Positions 23,602 through 33,593 of a stretch of DNA of 33,593 nt are shown here, piece by piece (position 1 is the first letter of the stretch; every line of letters starts with the position of its first letter). The notes beneath the pieces were generated by a model. It had not been told where the DNA came from, ran no database searches, and worked only from the letters and a program-made list of their open reading frames with translations. Origin of the DNA: an uncultured Anaerolineae bacterium (GTDB taxonomy: Bacteria; Chloroflexota; Anaerolineae; JAAYZQ01); the NCBI GenBank assembly GCA_965370895.1, contig CBDUWJ010000001.1, forward strand, positions 1-33,593. Direction: 5' to 3'. A program made the translations under genes and the position numbers.

Positions 23602-25290
23602 CTACTCCTTGCTGCGCTTGTCCAGCTCATAGTACCGGTCCGCCTGCTCCTTGGTAATATAGCCATTTCTGAGATCTTCTTGTACCAACTCCAGGGGGCG
23701 CTCCAGCGGGTCGCCCCAGCCCGCACCTGTGCCGGTCATGACCTGGATGACGTCGTCGGTGTTCAGGGTCAGGCCGCTGATCAAGGCGTAGCGCTCCGTC
23801 TCACCGTTGGCGCGCCTGATCAGCACGTGGTTGGGCGAACCGTACTGACCGCCTCTCAAGGGCCACGGCGGGTTCTTGTCGCGCGTGTAGGCCACCGTCA
23901 GCCAGGCGTCGTCGGACTTGATGCGATAATCGATACGCACACCTTTGCCGCCCCGGTGGAGGCCGGCGCCACCATCCTCATCGTGAAAGCTGAGATAGTC
24001 CACCGTCACGCCGTATCGCGCTTCAGCCACCTCGGCCGGGCAGTTGTAGGTCTCGCCATGCAGCGCAGAGAACTGGCCCGGATTGCCGTCTGAGGTCGAC
24101 GACCCACCCCAGCCACCCAGCTCGGGTTCGATCACGGCATAGCTCCGGCCGGTGTCGGGGTGGATGCCGCCAAACAGCGTGCCACAGACCGACGCGAATC
24201 CGCCCGCGGGCAACCGCTCGGGCATGTGGGGTGCCAGGCAGCGCAAGATCAGATCATGCACCCGGATGGTAATCTCATAGTAGATGCCTTGAGCTGCCGG
24301 GTAGATCGGATCGAAAACGCTTCCGTGGCGCGTCAGGACCTTGAGGGGACGGAAGGTGCCGCCATTGGCCAACCTATCTGACGAGACGATTCCCTTGAAG
24401 GCGATCTGGCAGGCCACGATCGCTTCGTCCCGGCTCATGTTAAAGGGTCCCTTGTCCTGGTCCGGATTGTCGCGGAGATCGATGATAAACTCGTCATCCC
24501 GGATCTCGATCGTGACGTGATAGTCCGGTCCGGCATCCTGGGGCTCCACCAGGGTGTACTTGCCCTTGGGCAGGCGTTTCAGCGCGGCCAGGGTGACCTG
24601 CTCACCATAGTCCAGGTACTCTTCCACGGCGTGAAGAAAGACGTCCTTCCCGTACTTGTTCACGATCTCCAGAACGCGGCGCTCGCCGACGCGGGCCGAA
24701 GCCACGCCAGCCCACAGGTCGCCTATCAGGAAATCGGGCATGCGGCAGTTTGAGGTGAGGATGTCAAAGACCGACCGGATGGGCTCGCCCCGAGAAAAGA
24801 GCTTGATGCCAGACAGGATCATGCCCTCCTGGAAGATCTCGGTCGCGTCGGTGGACATGCTGCCCGGCACCATGCCCCCCACGTCGTTCCAGTGCGCGAT
24901 GTTGGCCGTCCAGGCAACGATCGCAGGCTCGCCCTCCGCCTCGTCTCCGGCAAAGACCGGCATGGTCAGGATCACGTCGTTCAGGTGCGTCACACCACCA
25001 GAGTAGGGGTCATTGGTGATAAAGATATCGCCTGGCTCGATGTCGCCCGGCTGGTCAAACTTCTTCATGACTTGCTTGACGGTCTTGTCCAGAACGCCGA
25101 CAAAGGCCGGGATTCCGGCCCCAGAACCGGCCAGCTCACCATTCTTGTCGGTGATGCCGGTGCCCATGTCGAGCACCTCGTAGATGATGGCGCTCATGGC
25201 CGTGCGGCGCAGGGCGGCAAACATCTCGTCGGCGGCCGCCTGCAGCGAGCTCTGGATGATTTCAATCGTAATGGGATCATACTTGTTCAT
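23602..25290 (-). CDS. hyuB: hydantoinase B / oxoprolinase family protein
   Basis: 562 aa. The N-terminus DPITIEIIQSSLQAAADEMFAALRRTAMSAIIYEVLDMGTGITD is the Hydantoinase_B signature. GGAGGA SD. Confidence 0.85.
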   Translation of the reverse strand: MNKYDPITIEIIQSSLQAAADEMFAALRRTAMSAIIYEVLDMGTGITDKNGELAGSGAGIPAFVGVLDKTVKQVMKKFDQPGDIEPGDIFITNDPYSGGVTHLNDVILTMPVFAGDEAEGEPAIVAWTANIAHWNDVGGMVPGSMSTDATEIFQEGMILSGIKLFSRGEPIRSVFDILTSNCRMPDFLIGDLWAGVASARVGERRVLEIVNKYGKDVFLHAVEEYLDYGEQVTLAALKRLPKGKYTLVEPQDAGPDYHVTIEIRDDEFIIDLRDNPDQDKGPFNMSRDEAIVACQIAFKGIVSSDRLANGGTFRPLKVLTRHGSVFDPIYPAAQGIYYEITIRVHDLILRCLAPHMPERLPAGGFASVCGTLFGGIHPDTGRSYAVIEPELGGWGGSSTSDGNPGQFSALHGETYNCPAEVAEARYGVTVDYLSFHDEDGGAGLHRGGKGVRIDYRIKSDDAWLTVAYTRDKNPPWPLRGGQYGSPNHVLIRRANGETERYALISGLTLNTDDVIQVMTGTGAGWGDPLERPLELVQEDLRNGYITKEQADRYYELDKRSKE

Positions 25291-25302
25291 GTGCAGTCCT
25301 CC

Positions 25303-27354
25303 TCACTGTGCGGTGCGGATGTGATAGTTGCCATAGTCATCCACCTGACATGGCAAGTCGGGAGGGATCACCGTCGTGGCGCCCGCCTCCTCGATGATGG
25401 CCGGGCCTACAAAGCGCATGCCTGGCTCCAGGGAGTCGCCGTCGTAGATGGTCGCCCGGTGGATGCCGGCGTCGGCATAGTCCACGCTCCGCTGCTCCTT
25501 GACCGCATCCTCGAGCCTGGCTCCCGTGGTCGGCAGTTTTTCTGGCTCCAGTTTGTCCACCTCGGCAAGGGCCACCAGGTGATAGGCGACCAGTTCCACG
25601 GGGGCATCCAGCGTGTAGGTGTATTCGCGCTCATAGTCCGTGGCAAAGCGCTGGCGGATTGCGTCGAGCTGTACGGCTGTGATCTCGCCGCCGGGAAGGA
25701 TGATCTCGACCGAGTGTTCCTGGTTCTGGTAGCGGCAGCGGCCATAGCGGAGAAAGTGCACCCGCGCCCGGTCGATATCCTCGGCCTCGAACTCGCGGAG
25801 GGCCTTCTCCTCGAGTTGCTGTATGTCCTCGTCGAGCTGCGCAGCCGCTCCTGGAGCCTCCAGTTCGACGATCTGGGTCTGCAGGTAGTCGCGGCGCAGA
25901 TCGCTGAGTAGCATGCCCCACGCAGAGAACACACTGGATTGCTTGGGGATCACCACCTTCTTGATGTTCAGTTCCCGGGCCAGGGCGCAGGCGTGCATGC
26001 CGCCACCGCCGCCAAAGGCGATGAGGGTGAAATCGCGCGGGTCGTGGCCGCGATTGACAGAGATCAGCTTGATAGCGTTGACCATGTTGTTGTTGGCAAT
26101 GCGGACGATGCCGCGCGCCGCCTGCGGAGGGCTGTTCTCGAGGGTAACGGCCAGCTCGTCCAGAGCGCGGTCCACCGCCTCCATGTCGGCCTCTATCGTG
26201 CCGCCGCAGAAATAGTGCGGGTTGATACAGCCCAGCGCCAGGTTGGCGTCGGTAGTCGTCGCTTCTGTGCCGCCGATCCCGTAGGACACCGGGCCGGGCA
26301 CAGCGCCGGCACTGTGCGGTCCGACGTGGAGCCTCTGGAATTCGCCGACCCAGGCAATGGACCCGCCGCCCTGGCCGATCTCCACCAGGTCGACGACGGG
26401 CACCGTCACCGGATAGCCGGCCGAGGTTTCACTGCGCTGAATGACATAGTTGCTGTTGAGCTTGACCTCGCCGCCTGTGATCAGCCCGCATTTGGCCGTC
26501 GTCCCGCCGATGTCGATGGCGATGGCGTCCAACTCATCGATCAAGCGGCCCAACGCCGCAGCGCCCCAGATGCCGCTGGCGGGACCGGACTCGACCATTG
26601 TGATGGGGATCTGGCGCGCGCTCTTGACCGTATCGACGCCACAGTTGGATTGCATGATGTAGGGCGTGCAACGCATGCCGGCATCGTGGAGGGCGCTGGT
26701 CAGGCGGTCCAGGTAGCGGTGGGCGATGGGTTGCACGTAGGCGGACAGCACCGCCGTGTTGGTGCGCTCGTACTCTCGCCATTCGCGCGTGATCTGGTGC
26801 GAGGCCACCGTAGAAACCTCGGGCCAGACCTCCTTGACCCTGACCAGCACTGCCTCTTCGTGAACCGTATTCGCATAGGAATTGATAAAGCAGATAGCGA
26901 TGGCCTCGACGCCTTCGGCGCGGAAATCGTCGAGGATGGCCGGTAACTCGGATAGGTCCAGCGGCGTGGTCTCTATCCCTCTGTAATTAACTCGCCCCTT
27001 GATCTCACGGCGCAGGTAGCGGGGCACAAAGGGCTCGGGCTTGCGGTATTCCAGGTTGAAGAAATCGGGCCGGGTGCCGCGGCCGATTTCCAGGACGTCG
27101 CGGAACCCCTCACTGGTGAGAAGCCCTACCGTGGCACCTTTTCTCTCGGTGATGGCATTGATAACAATCGTCGTCCCGTGCACAAATGACGCAAAGTCGC
27201 TCGGGCTGATGTTGTTGGCCGAGATGACGTCCATCACGCCCTTTTCGAACTGCGCCGGGGTGGTGTGGCTCTTGCCTGTGACGACCTGGCCATCCGGGGT
27301 CACGAACACAAGGTCCGTGAAGGTGCCTCCAATGTCCGTAGCAACTCTCAGCAT
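25303..27354 (-). CDS. hyuA: hydantoinase A / oxoprolinase family protein
   Basis: MLRVATDIGGTFTDLVF is the ASKHA-type N-terminus of the Hydantoinase_A family. ATG 27354 with an AGAGAGGGG SD is preferred over the track's TTG at 27396. Confidence 0.85.
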   Translation of the reverse strand: MLRVATDIGGTFTDLVFVTPDGQVVTGKSHTTPAQFEKGVMDVISANNISPSDFASFVHGTTIVINAITERKGATVGLLTSEGFRDVLEIGRGTRPDFFNLEYRKPEPFVPRYLRREIKGRVNYRGIETTPLDLSELPAILDDFRAEGVEAIAICFINSYANTVHEEAVLVRVKEVWPEVSTVASHQITREWREYERTNTAVLSAYVQPIAHRYLDRLTSALHDAGMRCTPYIMQSNCGVDTVKSARQIPITMVESGPASGIWGAAALGRLIDELDAIAIDIGGTTAKCGLITGGEVKLNSNYVIQRSETSAGYPVTVPVVDLVEIGQGGGSIAWVGEFQRLHVGPHSAGAVPGPVSYGIGGTEATTTDANLALGCINPHYFCGGTIEADMEAVDRALDELAVTLENSPPQAARGIVRIANNNMVNAIKLISVNRGHDPRDFTLIAFGGGGGMHACALARELNIKKVVIPKQSSVFSAWGMLLSDLRRDYLQTQIVELEAPGAAAQLDEDIQQLEEKALREFEAEDIDRARVHFLRYGRCRYQNQEHSVEIILPGGEITAVQLDAIRQRFATDYEREYTYTLDAPVELVAYHLVALAEVDKLEPEKLPTTGARLEDAVKEQRSVDYADAGIHRATIYDGDSLEPGMRFVGPAIIEEAGATTVIPPDLPCQVDDYGNYHIRTAQ

Positions 27355-27392
27355 GTTGAACCCCTCTCTTGATCTTGCTCTCTGTCCATTGC

Positions 27393-28205
27393 TCAATCCT
27401 CTTTCTTTTGCGCAGCCTTGCTCGCTCTCAGTAGCCAGCCTCCCATATCGCGGTAGTCATACTGCCGCTCAAGCCGCCACGGCCCGAACTCGCCTGGCGG
27501 CGGTGACTCGTAGCCCCCAACCTTGCTGTGACTCCATCCGAACCGGTTCTTCAGATCGGCTGCGAACTCGGCCGTCTTGAAGGCGGCGATCATCGAATCG
27601 ATGACCGGCACGCCCAGTTCCTCCTGCAGCACGCGGTAGAAGCCATAGGTTGCCGTGCAGCCCAGGACGAGTACCTCTGCGCCATCGCGATCGATGGCTT
27701 CCCGTCCAACCTGGATGAAGCGACGGGCGGTCTCCTCCTCGTCCTGGTGGAACTCGAGCACGCCCAGATCCACCGCCTTGAACGAGGCCAATCGTTCCTT
27801 CATGCCATAGCGGAGTGTGTTCTCCATCATCTCTGGGATCCACTTGCGCCGGCCCACGATGATAGAGAACTTGTCGCCAAGAGTGGCGGCAATGTGCACC
27901 GATGCCTCACAGGGGGCAACCACCACCATGCGTTCGGCTACCTCCCGGGCCGCTTGCAGCCCCACATCGTAGAAGCAGCCGATGACCACCGCATCAAACC
28001 CCTGCTGCTCGGCTTCCATGACCAGGTGCAGAATGTCGACCAAGACCAGGGCCTCATAGTAGCGGTACTCCAGGTGCTCCGGACCCCGGGGCAGGGTGAC
28101 CATGGTCAGCTCTGTCGACTCCTGCTTCTGCCTCGAGAGGAACTCGTGTCCCTCCGCCACCACTTCAACGCCCACAGGGTCAATGTACAGGATCTTTTGC
28201 ACCAT
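27393..28205 (-). CDS. Asp/Glu/hydantoin racemase family protein
   Basis: About 270 aa. VVIGCFYDVGL and VLVLGCTATYGF are the two Cys-containing half-site motifs of this racemase family. ATG 28205 is preceded by AAGGAGGG. Confidence 0.75.
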   Translation of the reverse strand: MVQKILYIDPVGVEVVAEGHEFLSRQKQESTELTMVTLPRGPEHLEYRYYEALVLVDILHLVMEAEQQGFDAVVIGCFYDVGLQAAREVAERMVVVAPCEASVHIAATLGDKFSIIVGRRKWIPEMMENTLRYGMKERLASFKAVDLGVLEFHQDEEETARRFIQVGREAIDRDGAEVLVLGCTATYGFYRVLQEELGVPVIDSMIAAFKTAEFAADLKNRFGWSHSKVGGYESPPPGEFGPWRLERQYDYRDMGGWLLRASKAAQKKED

Positions 28206-28233
28206 CTCTCCCTCCTTAGCCACCATGCTCCGC

Positions 28234-29232
28234 CTAGTCGGACCCACCAAAGAGGTGGCAGCGGACCGTGTGGTCAGGCTCGACTTCGGTCATGACCGGA
28301 TCCACGCGAGAACAGACATCCATCTTCATCGGGCATCGAAGGTGGAAGCTGCAACCCGTGGGGATATTCACCGGGCTGGGAATCTCGCCGGTCGAGAGGA
28401 TCTTCTCTGGCTTGAGCTTTTCCTCCTCCTCCGAGATGACGGGGATCGCCGACAGCAGCATCCGGGTGTAGGGATGGTATGGCTTGCGGAAGAACTCCCC
28501 CGCCTCGGCAATCTCGCAGATTTTGCCCAGGTACATGATCGCCACCCGCGAGGCGACGTTGCGCATCAGGCTCAGATCGTGGGTGATAAACAGAAAGGAG
28601 AGGTGGAATTCCTTTTGCAGCCGGATGAGCAGGTTGATGATTTTGCCCCGGATCGACACATCCAGCGCCGAAGTCGGCTCGTCGAGGATGACAAAGGAGG
28701 GCTCGCTGGCCAATGCCCGAGCGACAGCCACCATCTGCTTCTCACCGCCGCTCAGCGCCTGGGGGTATTTGTGGGCATAGTCCTGGGGTAGCTCGACCAA
28801 TTCCAGAAGGTTAGCGACCTGTTCCTGCAGGTTCTCGTTCGGCCGGTGGATACGCAGTGGCAACTGCAGGATCTGTCGAATATTCTGCCTCGGGTTCAGG
28901 GAGGAGCCCGGATCCTGGAAAACGATCTGGATCTCCTTCCTGAGGGACAGGGGGCGCTTTTTCTTGCCGGGGAACAGGTCCTGGCCCCGGAAGCGGATCT
29001 CACCTTCTGTGGGCCGGTACATGCCAATGGTCGTGTAGGCGACTGTGCTCTTGCCAGAACCAGATTCGCCCACCAACCCGAAGGTCTCGCCCTGACGAAT
29101 GGCAAAGGCAACGCCATCCACGGCCTTGACCGTGATGGGCTTCCGTCTTATGGTGCCGGTGTGGCCGATGGTAAAGTACTTCTTGAGGTCTGTGAACGTC
29201 ATGATGTCGGAGTGCACGGTGTTTGCGTTCAC
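28234..29232 (-). CDS. ABC transporter ATP-binding protein (DppF/OppF-like)
   Basis: Walker A GESGSGKST, signature LSGGEKQMVAVARAL, Walker B FVILDEPTSALD, and a C-terminal oligopeptide-type extension containing Cys. The GTG start overlaps the upstream stop. Confidence 0.9.
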   Translation of the reverse strand: MNANTVHSDIMTFTDLKKYFTIGHTGTIRRKPITVKAVDGVAFAIRQGETFGLVGESGSGKSTVAYTTIGMYRPTEGEIRFRGQDLFPGKKKRPLSLRKEIQIVFQDPGSSLNPRQNIRQILQLPLRIHRPNENLQEQVANLLELVELPQDYAHKYPQALSGGEKQMVAVARALASEPSFVILDEPTSALDVSIRGKIINLLIRLQKEFHLSFLFITHDLSLMRNVASRVAIMYLGKICEIAEAGEFFRKPYHPYTRMLLSAIPVISEEEEKLKPEKILSTGEIPSPVNIPTGCSFHLRCPMKMDVCSRVDPVMTEVEPDHTVRCHLFGGSD

Positions 29233-30218
29233 CTGGCATCACCCCCGTACAGGAAGCAAGCGACCTCGTGGTCATCGCCGAGTGCATAGAACGCCGGTTT
29301 CTTCTGCCGGCAGATATCCATTGCCTGGGGACAGCGCGGATGAAAGCGGCACCCAGTTGGCGGCTTTATGTACTCGGGAATCCGTCCTGGAATGCCGTCA
29401 GAAACGCCGCCTCCTGTCAGCCTGGGGACAGCCTCCATCAGACCGCGGGTGTATGGGTGCGATGGATTGGCGAACAGCTCTTGTGTGCCCGCGACCTCGA
29501 CCATGTTGCCCGCGTACATGACGTAGACTCGGTCGGCGATTTGCCGCACGACCCCCAGGGTGTGCGTAATGAGAATGACAGAGACGTTCTTTTCCTCCAC
29601 TAACCCGTGGAGGAGCCTCAGGATCTGATCCTCGATGGTCACATCCAGCGAGGTGCCTGGCTCGTCGGCGATGAGCAGCTCGCGACTGGCGACCAGGGCC
29701 ATGGCGATGCAGACCCGCTGGCGCATACCACCGCTGAGCTGGATCGGGTAGCTGTCCAGCATGCGTTCCGGGTCGGGCAAGGACACCTCTCTCAATGGGA
29801 TGAGCGCCTGCTCCCGGATCTGCTTCTTTGACAGTTTCTTACCCCCCGCGGAATACTTGACCACGGCACTCAGTTGCTGGCCTACGGTAAAAACAGGGTT
29901 GAGGGCCGCCGTCGGATCCTGAAAGATCATCGAGATGCCTTCGCCCCTCACTTTCCTAAGTTCATTCTGCCCCATCTTTAGGACATCCTGACCCTTGAAA
30001 AAGATCTCTCCGCCCACGATGCGAGCGGGAGGCATGGGCAAGATGCGCAGGATGGCCTTCATCGTTGTCGTCTTGCCACAGCCGGTTTCCCCGACGAGGC
30101 CGACTTTTTGTCCCTTTTGCACGACAAAGCTAACGCCGTCCAGGACCTTCAGTGTACCGCCATAGACATCAAACTGGACCTGCAGGTCTTTGATCTCCAG
30201 CAAGGGTTCGCTGCTCAT
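29229..30218 (-). CDS. ABC transporter ATP-binding protein (DppD/OppD-like)
   Basis: Walker [10 protein letters not shown], signature [15 protein letters not shown], Walker [16 protein letters not shown] 30218 ([12 protein letters not shown]) follows a GAGGAGG SD and is preferred over the track's GTG at 30260. Confidence 0.9.
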   Translation of the reverse strand: MSSEPLLEIKDLQVQFDVYGGTLKVLDGVSFVVQKGQKVGLVGETGCGKTTTMKAILRILPMPPARIVGGEIFFKGQDVLKMGQNELRKVRGEGISMIFQDPTAALNPVFTVGQQLSAVVKYSAGGKKLSKKQIREQALIPLREVSLPDPERMLDSYPIQLSGGMRQRVCIAMALVASRELLIADEPGTSLDVTIEDQILRLLHGLVEEKNVSVILITHTLGVVRQIADRVYVMYAGNMVEVAGTQELFANPSHPYTRGLMEAVPRLTGGGVSDGIPGRIPEYIKPPTGCRFHPRCPQAMDICRQKKPAFYALGDDHEVACFLYGGDAR

Positions 30219-30219
30219 C

Positions 30220-31113
30220 TCAGACCTCCTCGGCAGCGAACATGTCGCGCAAGCCATCACCCAGAAGGTTGAACCCGAGGACGATGACTACGATGGCCAG
30301 GGCGGGAAAGGCAGAGATCCACCACTGGTCGGGCAGGTAGGTTGCCCCGTCGGCGACCATGGTGCCCAGTCCGGGCTTGGGTGGTTGTACACCCAGGCCC
30401 ACGAAACTGAGCGCCGAACCGATCAGGATCACCCAGCCCATATCGAGGCTCATCTTGGTAAATATGGGCGAGACGCAGTTGGGGAGGATCTCCCTGAAGA
30501 GGATGTGCGACGTGCTCGCCCCGATCGCTACGGCCGAGTTGACAAAGAACTCACTCCGCAATGTGGATGAGAGTCCGTAAACCAGACGCGTATACCAGGG
30601 CCACCACATCAGGCTGATGGCCAGCATGGCGTTGAACAGGTTGGGCGTAAGGACAGACGTGATGGCCAGCGCCAGGATCAGGGGCGGCACAGCCAAAAAG
30701 ATGTCGGTGACGCGCATAATGCCCGTCTCCAGCGCCGACCCTTGATGGTAACCGGCGACCAGCCCCAAGACGACGCCTGGAGGGACGACCAGGCTCAGAA
30801 CGATCACGCCCATCAGCAGTGAGAAGCGGAAACCGAAAAAGATGCGGCTCATGACATCGCGGCCGATCACGTCGGTGCCAAAGGGATGCTGAACACTTGG
30901 AGGTTGGCTGGCATTGGCAAAGTCGACGTAGGCCCCCGCGTGTTCCGGATAGGGGGCCACCCACGGGGCGAATACCGCCAGGAAGGTGACGAGAAGGACG
31001 GTGGCCAACCCGACGATCGACATCGGATTGCGGGAGAACTTGTACCAGTTGCGGCCCAAGCTTTCTATCCTCCGGTTCCTGGGCCGGACCTGACTCACTA
31101 CCTCTGCCGTCAT
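30220..31113 (-). CDS. ABC transporter permease (DppC/OppC-like)
   Basis: 297 aa with six hydrophobic helices and an N-terminal OppC-type extension. Lies within the binding-protein-dependent transport operon. Confidence 0.85.
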   Translation of the reverse strand: MTAEVVSQVRPRNRRIESLGRNWYKFSRNPMSIVGLATVLLVTFLAVFAPWVAPYPEHAGAYVDFANASQPPSVQHPFGTDVIGRDVMSRIFFGFRFSLLMGVIVLSLVVPPGVVLGLVAGYHQGSALETGIMRVTDIFLAVPPLILALAITSVLTPNLFNAMLAISLMWWPWYTRLVYGLSSTLRSEFFVNSAVAIGASTSHILFREILPNCVSPIFTKMSLDMGWVILIGSALSFVGLGVQPPKPGLGTMVADGATYLPDQWWISAFPALAIVVIVLGFNLLGDGLRDMFAAEEV

Positions 31114-31114
31114 C

Positions 31115-32143
31115 TCACTCCCCCCTTCCCGGCGCCAGCCGGATTCTGGGGTCCAACCGGGCGACGACCAGATCCACGATGATGTTCACCAGGATAAAGA
31201 CGACGCCGAGGACCATGATGACGGCCGCGATAGCGTTAAGGTCCTTGCGCAGCATGGCGTTGATCCCATAGCGGGACAGCCCCGGCCAGATAAAGATCAT
31301 CTCAACCAGAAAGGCGTTGCCCATGGTCGCCGCAAAGTCCAGGCCCAGGATCGAGATCGTCGGGATCAGCGAGGGTTTGAGGAGAAAACTCCCCATCATG
31401 ACGTTTTCGGGGATGCCGAGCGAGCGCCCGGAGGCGACATAGTCCTTGCTCAGATTGTCGGACATCGTCGAGCGGGTGATGCGGGCCTCCTGAGCCAGCC
31501 CACCCATGGCCAGGGCCAGAGCCGGCAGGATCAGGTGCCAGATGGAGTCAAAGAAAGCCCTTGGGTTGCCAGCCAGAAGGGAATCAACCGTCATCAAGCC
31601 GGTGACGCGGGGCGGGCGCGGGATGTCCAGGCTCAACCGCCCCATGGTCGGCATCCACTCCAGCGTCATGCCAAACAGGAGCAGGAAGAGAATGGCAAAC
31701 ACAAAGGATGGGGTCACCACCCCAAGATAGGAGATGACACGTACGACATTGTCAGCCCATTTGTCCTTGTGGCGGGCTGACAATGTCCCCAAGAAGATGC
31801 CGCCTGTACCCATGATAACGCCCGCAAAGAGGGCCAACTCCAAAGTCGCTGGGAAGAACTCTTTGATATCATCAGCCACCGGCCGCCGCGTCACAAGCGA
31901 TATGCCGAAATCTCCTTGCAGGGCATCGGTCAGCCAATAGTAGTACTGGGCGTATAGGGGCTCGTCGAGGTGCATCTGCTCCCGAAGGTTGTCCACCACC
32001 CACTGCGGAGCCCGGGCGCCCACGGCCATGCGCGCCGGATCGCCCGGCATGATCCGGGAGATGACAAAGATCACGATCGAGAGACCGAACAGGACAAAGA
32101 TAGAATGAACAGCACGGCGTCCAAGGAAAGACAGTAGACTCAT
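31115..32143 (-). CDS. ABC transporter permease (DppB/OppB-like)
   Basis: The real start is ATG 32143: MSLLSFLGRRAVHSIFVLFGLSIVIFVISRIMPGDPA is the canonical DppB N-terminus. The 129-aa upstream extension in the track ORF is not protein-like. Confidence 0.85.
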   Translation of the reverse strand: MSLLSFLGRRAVHSIFVLFGLSIVIFVISRIMPGDPARMAVGARAPQWVVDNLREQMHLDEPLYAQYYYWLTDALQGDFGISLVTRRPVADDIKEFFPATLELALFAGVIMGTGGIFLGTLSARHKDKWADNVVRVISYLGVVTPSFVFAILFLLLFGMTLEWMPTMGRLSLDIPRPPRVTGLMTVDSLLAGNPRAFFDSIWHLILPALALAMGGLAQEARITRSTMSDNLSKDYVASGRSLGIPENVMMGSFLLKPSLIPTISILGLDFAATMGNAFLVEMIFIWPGLSRYGINAMLRKDLNAIAAVIMVLGVVFILVNIIVDLVVARLDPRIRLAPGRGE

Positions 32144-32246
32144 GATCGCCCTCGACAGCCAGTCGATCCAGAGCCCCTGGGGGAGCGCCAGTGATCCCCC
32201 AGGGGCTTGGCATTCTGATGCCGCAGCATCAGTACGCGTACGACAC

Positions 32247-33593
32247 CTACGGTCCGGTGACCCCAATCCTGGGCGCAAACATGTTATAGCCCATAACCGG
32301 GATGACGTCACCCCCGGCGGTGGGCCAGTCGACAGAGCCCGACTGGTAAGCGTGCTTCTGGACCTGGTCGTAGAGAAAGATAGTCGGGCTGAGATCCACG
32401 ATTTCGTCCTGTAGATCTCGATATTTGGCGTATCGTTCCTCCTGATCAACCGTGGCCAGGGCATCGTCGATCTTGCCATCCAGCTCCTCGTCCAGCAGCC
32501 ACTCGTTCTGGGACCAGGTGGCAGCGGCATCGGAGTGGTAGCGCACCTTCAGCAGGCTGCCTGCCTCGGGAAAGTCAGCGGAGACATAGATCGTCACGAT
32601 GTGGGGACTGGCCTCCATGTCGGCCGTCTCCTCGACCACCGACATCCAGGGCGTGCCCACGATCTCGACTGGGATGCCGACCTCAGCCATGTTGGCCTGG
32701 AAGAGGAGTGCCCACTTTTCTTCGGCCGGTACCTCAGTGATCCAATGCACCTCGACTGGGTAGTCCTCGAGCTGATCGGCGTAGGCCGACAGCGCCAACT
32801 CCTCCCGGGCTTTGTCCAGGTCCCGCTCAAAGACAAAGACATCGGGGTTGTGGCCCGCGGTAATAGCCGGGACAGGCCCCCGCGACTGTTGGGTCCCGGG
32901 CCACTCCAGGCCCACGGCGGCGTCATAGTCAAAGGCGTAGGCCATCGCCCGGCGGAAGTGGATGTCGTCGGTGGGTGGCTTTTTGGTGTGGATCATATAG
33001 TAGAACTCAGTGAGGACAGGGAAGGCAGCCACGTCAATCCCTTCCATCGCGTCGAGGGCCTCCAGCGCTTCCACGGTCTGCCACTGGTCAGTGATCTGAA
33101 GCTCTCCTCGTGACATCATGGTTCGTATGGTGGCAGGTTCAGTAGTGGCGATGAACCGCACCTCATCGGGCGCGTTCTCGTGGAACGTGCCGAACCAGTC
33201 TTCGTTCTTCTCCATGAGGAGATACTCCTCCAGAGGGAACTCTTTGACCGTGTAGGCTCCAGATCCAGCGTCGTGAGTCAAGAGCCACTCTTTTCCAAAG
33301 TCGCCCTTGTCGCCATACGGCCCCGGTGTGACGATGTTCTCCATCGCCTGGTCCTCATTGGCAACGTACAAGCGTATCAGGCTGGTGAGGAACAGACCAC
33401 TCGGCTGGGCAAGCTTGAACTCGACGGTGTCGTCGTCGACGGCTGTGGCGCTTTCGACGGTGCCCAGGAACACGTAAGCCAGACCCTCACCGATCTCCAG
33501 GAGCCGGTTCATGCTCCAGGCAACGTCGCCGGCGGTCACTTCGTCTCCGTTGTGAAACTTGACTCCCTCCTTGAGTTTGAAGGTCCAGGTTAG
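32247..33593 (-). CDS. ABC transporter substrate-binding protein, family 5 (peptide/nickel/opine type); N-terminus off the right edge
   Basis: The frame stays open to the window end. It reads LTWTFKLKEGVKFHNGDEVTAGDVAWS, the classic SBP_bac_5 motif. Confidence 0.85.
   Translation of the reverse strand, partial: LTWTFKLKEGVKFHNGDEVTAGDVAWSMNRLLEIGEGLAYVFLGTVESATAVDDDTVEFKLAQPSGLFLTSLIRLYVANEDQAMENIVTPGPYGDKGDFGKEWLLTHDAGSGAYTVKEFPLEEYLLMEKNEDWFGTFHENAPDEVRFIATTEPATIRTMMSRGELQITDQWQTVEALEALDAMEGIDVAAFPVLTEFYYMIHTKKPPTDDIHFRRAMAYAFDYDAAVGLEWPGTQQSRGPVPAITAGHNPDVFVFERDLDKAREELALSAYADQLEDYPVEVHWITEVPAEEKWALLFQANMAEVGIPVEIVGTPWMSVVEETADMEASPHIVTIYVSADFPEAGSLLKVRYHSDAAATWSQNEWLLDEELDGKIDDALATVDQEERYAKYRDLQDEIVDLSPTIFLYDQVQKHAYQSGSVDWPTAGGDVIPVMGYNMFAPRIGVTGP

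Noticed and set aside
24892-26946. Two long plus-strand ORFs (339 and 335 aa)
   Set aside because: They are antisense to hyuB and hyuA, which carry strong family signatures.
32144-32530. 129-aa N-terminal extension of the DppB-like permease ORF
   Set aside because: Its composition is not protein-like, and it overlaps the 3' end of the SBP gene. The canonical DppB N-terminus begins at ATG 32143.

Overview
GC-rich bacterial chromosomal window. The PT-rich linkers, GT39 protein and GerW proteins suggest Chloroflexota or a similar lineage, but that is a guess. About 35 genes are supported, most on the minus strand.

Gene content, left to right:
- a 3'-partial MsbA-like ABC exporter
- a nitroreductase / M20 amidohydrolase / SDR operon
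- a full-length eukaryote-type (long) DNA topoisomerase IB
- a secreted clan GH-A glycosidase-like protein
- a GerW/YtfJ pair, divergent from two tandem paralogous 4-TM proteins
- an EamA transporter and a DinB protein
- an 891-aa protein with four tandem cNMP-binding domains, one TM helix, a PT-repeat linker and an unknown extracellular domain
- a GH-A lipoprotein + GT39 (ArnT/PMT-like) operon
- a phasin-phasin-PhaR cluster with consensus promoters and palindromic operator candidates
- a decayed two-component locus: 5'-truncated GAF histidine kinase with an in-frame TAG and a 77-aa receiver stub, carrying an intact MNT-HepT toxin-antitoxin pair
- a TolB/PD40 fragment and about 470 bp without convincing coding potential
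- a long minus-strand operon: family-5 SBP (5'-partial), 2 permeases, 2 ATPases, Asp/Glu/hydantoin racemase, HyuA, HyuB, EthD

No rRNA, tRNA, CRISPR array or intact mobile element was recognised.

Most unusual items: the long TopIB, the 4xCNB single-pass membrane protein, the toxin-antitoxin pair inside the eroded two-component operon, the His-bearing tandem 4-TM pair next to the GerW genes, and the PhaR/phasin regulatory architecture. All functional calls come from motif recognition by eye. No database search was run.
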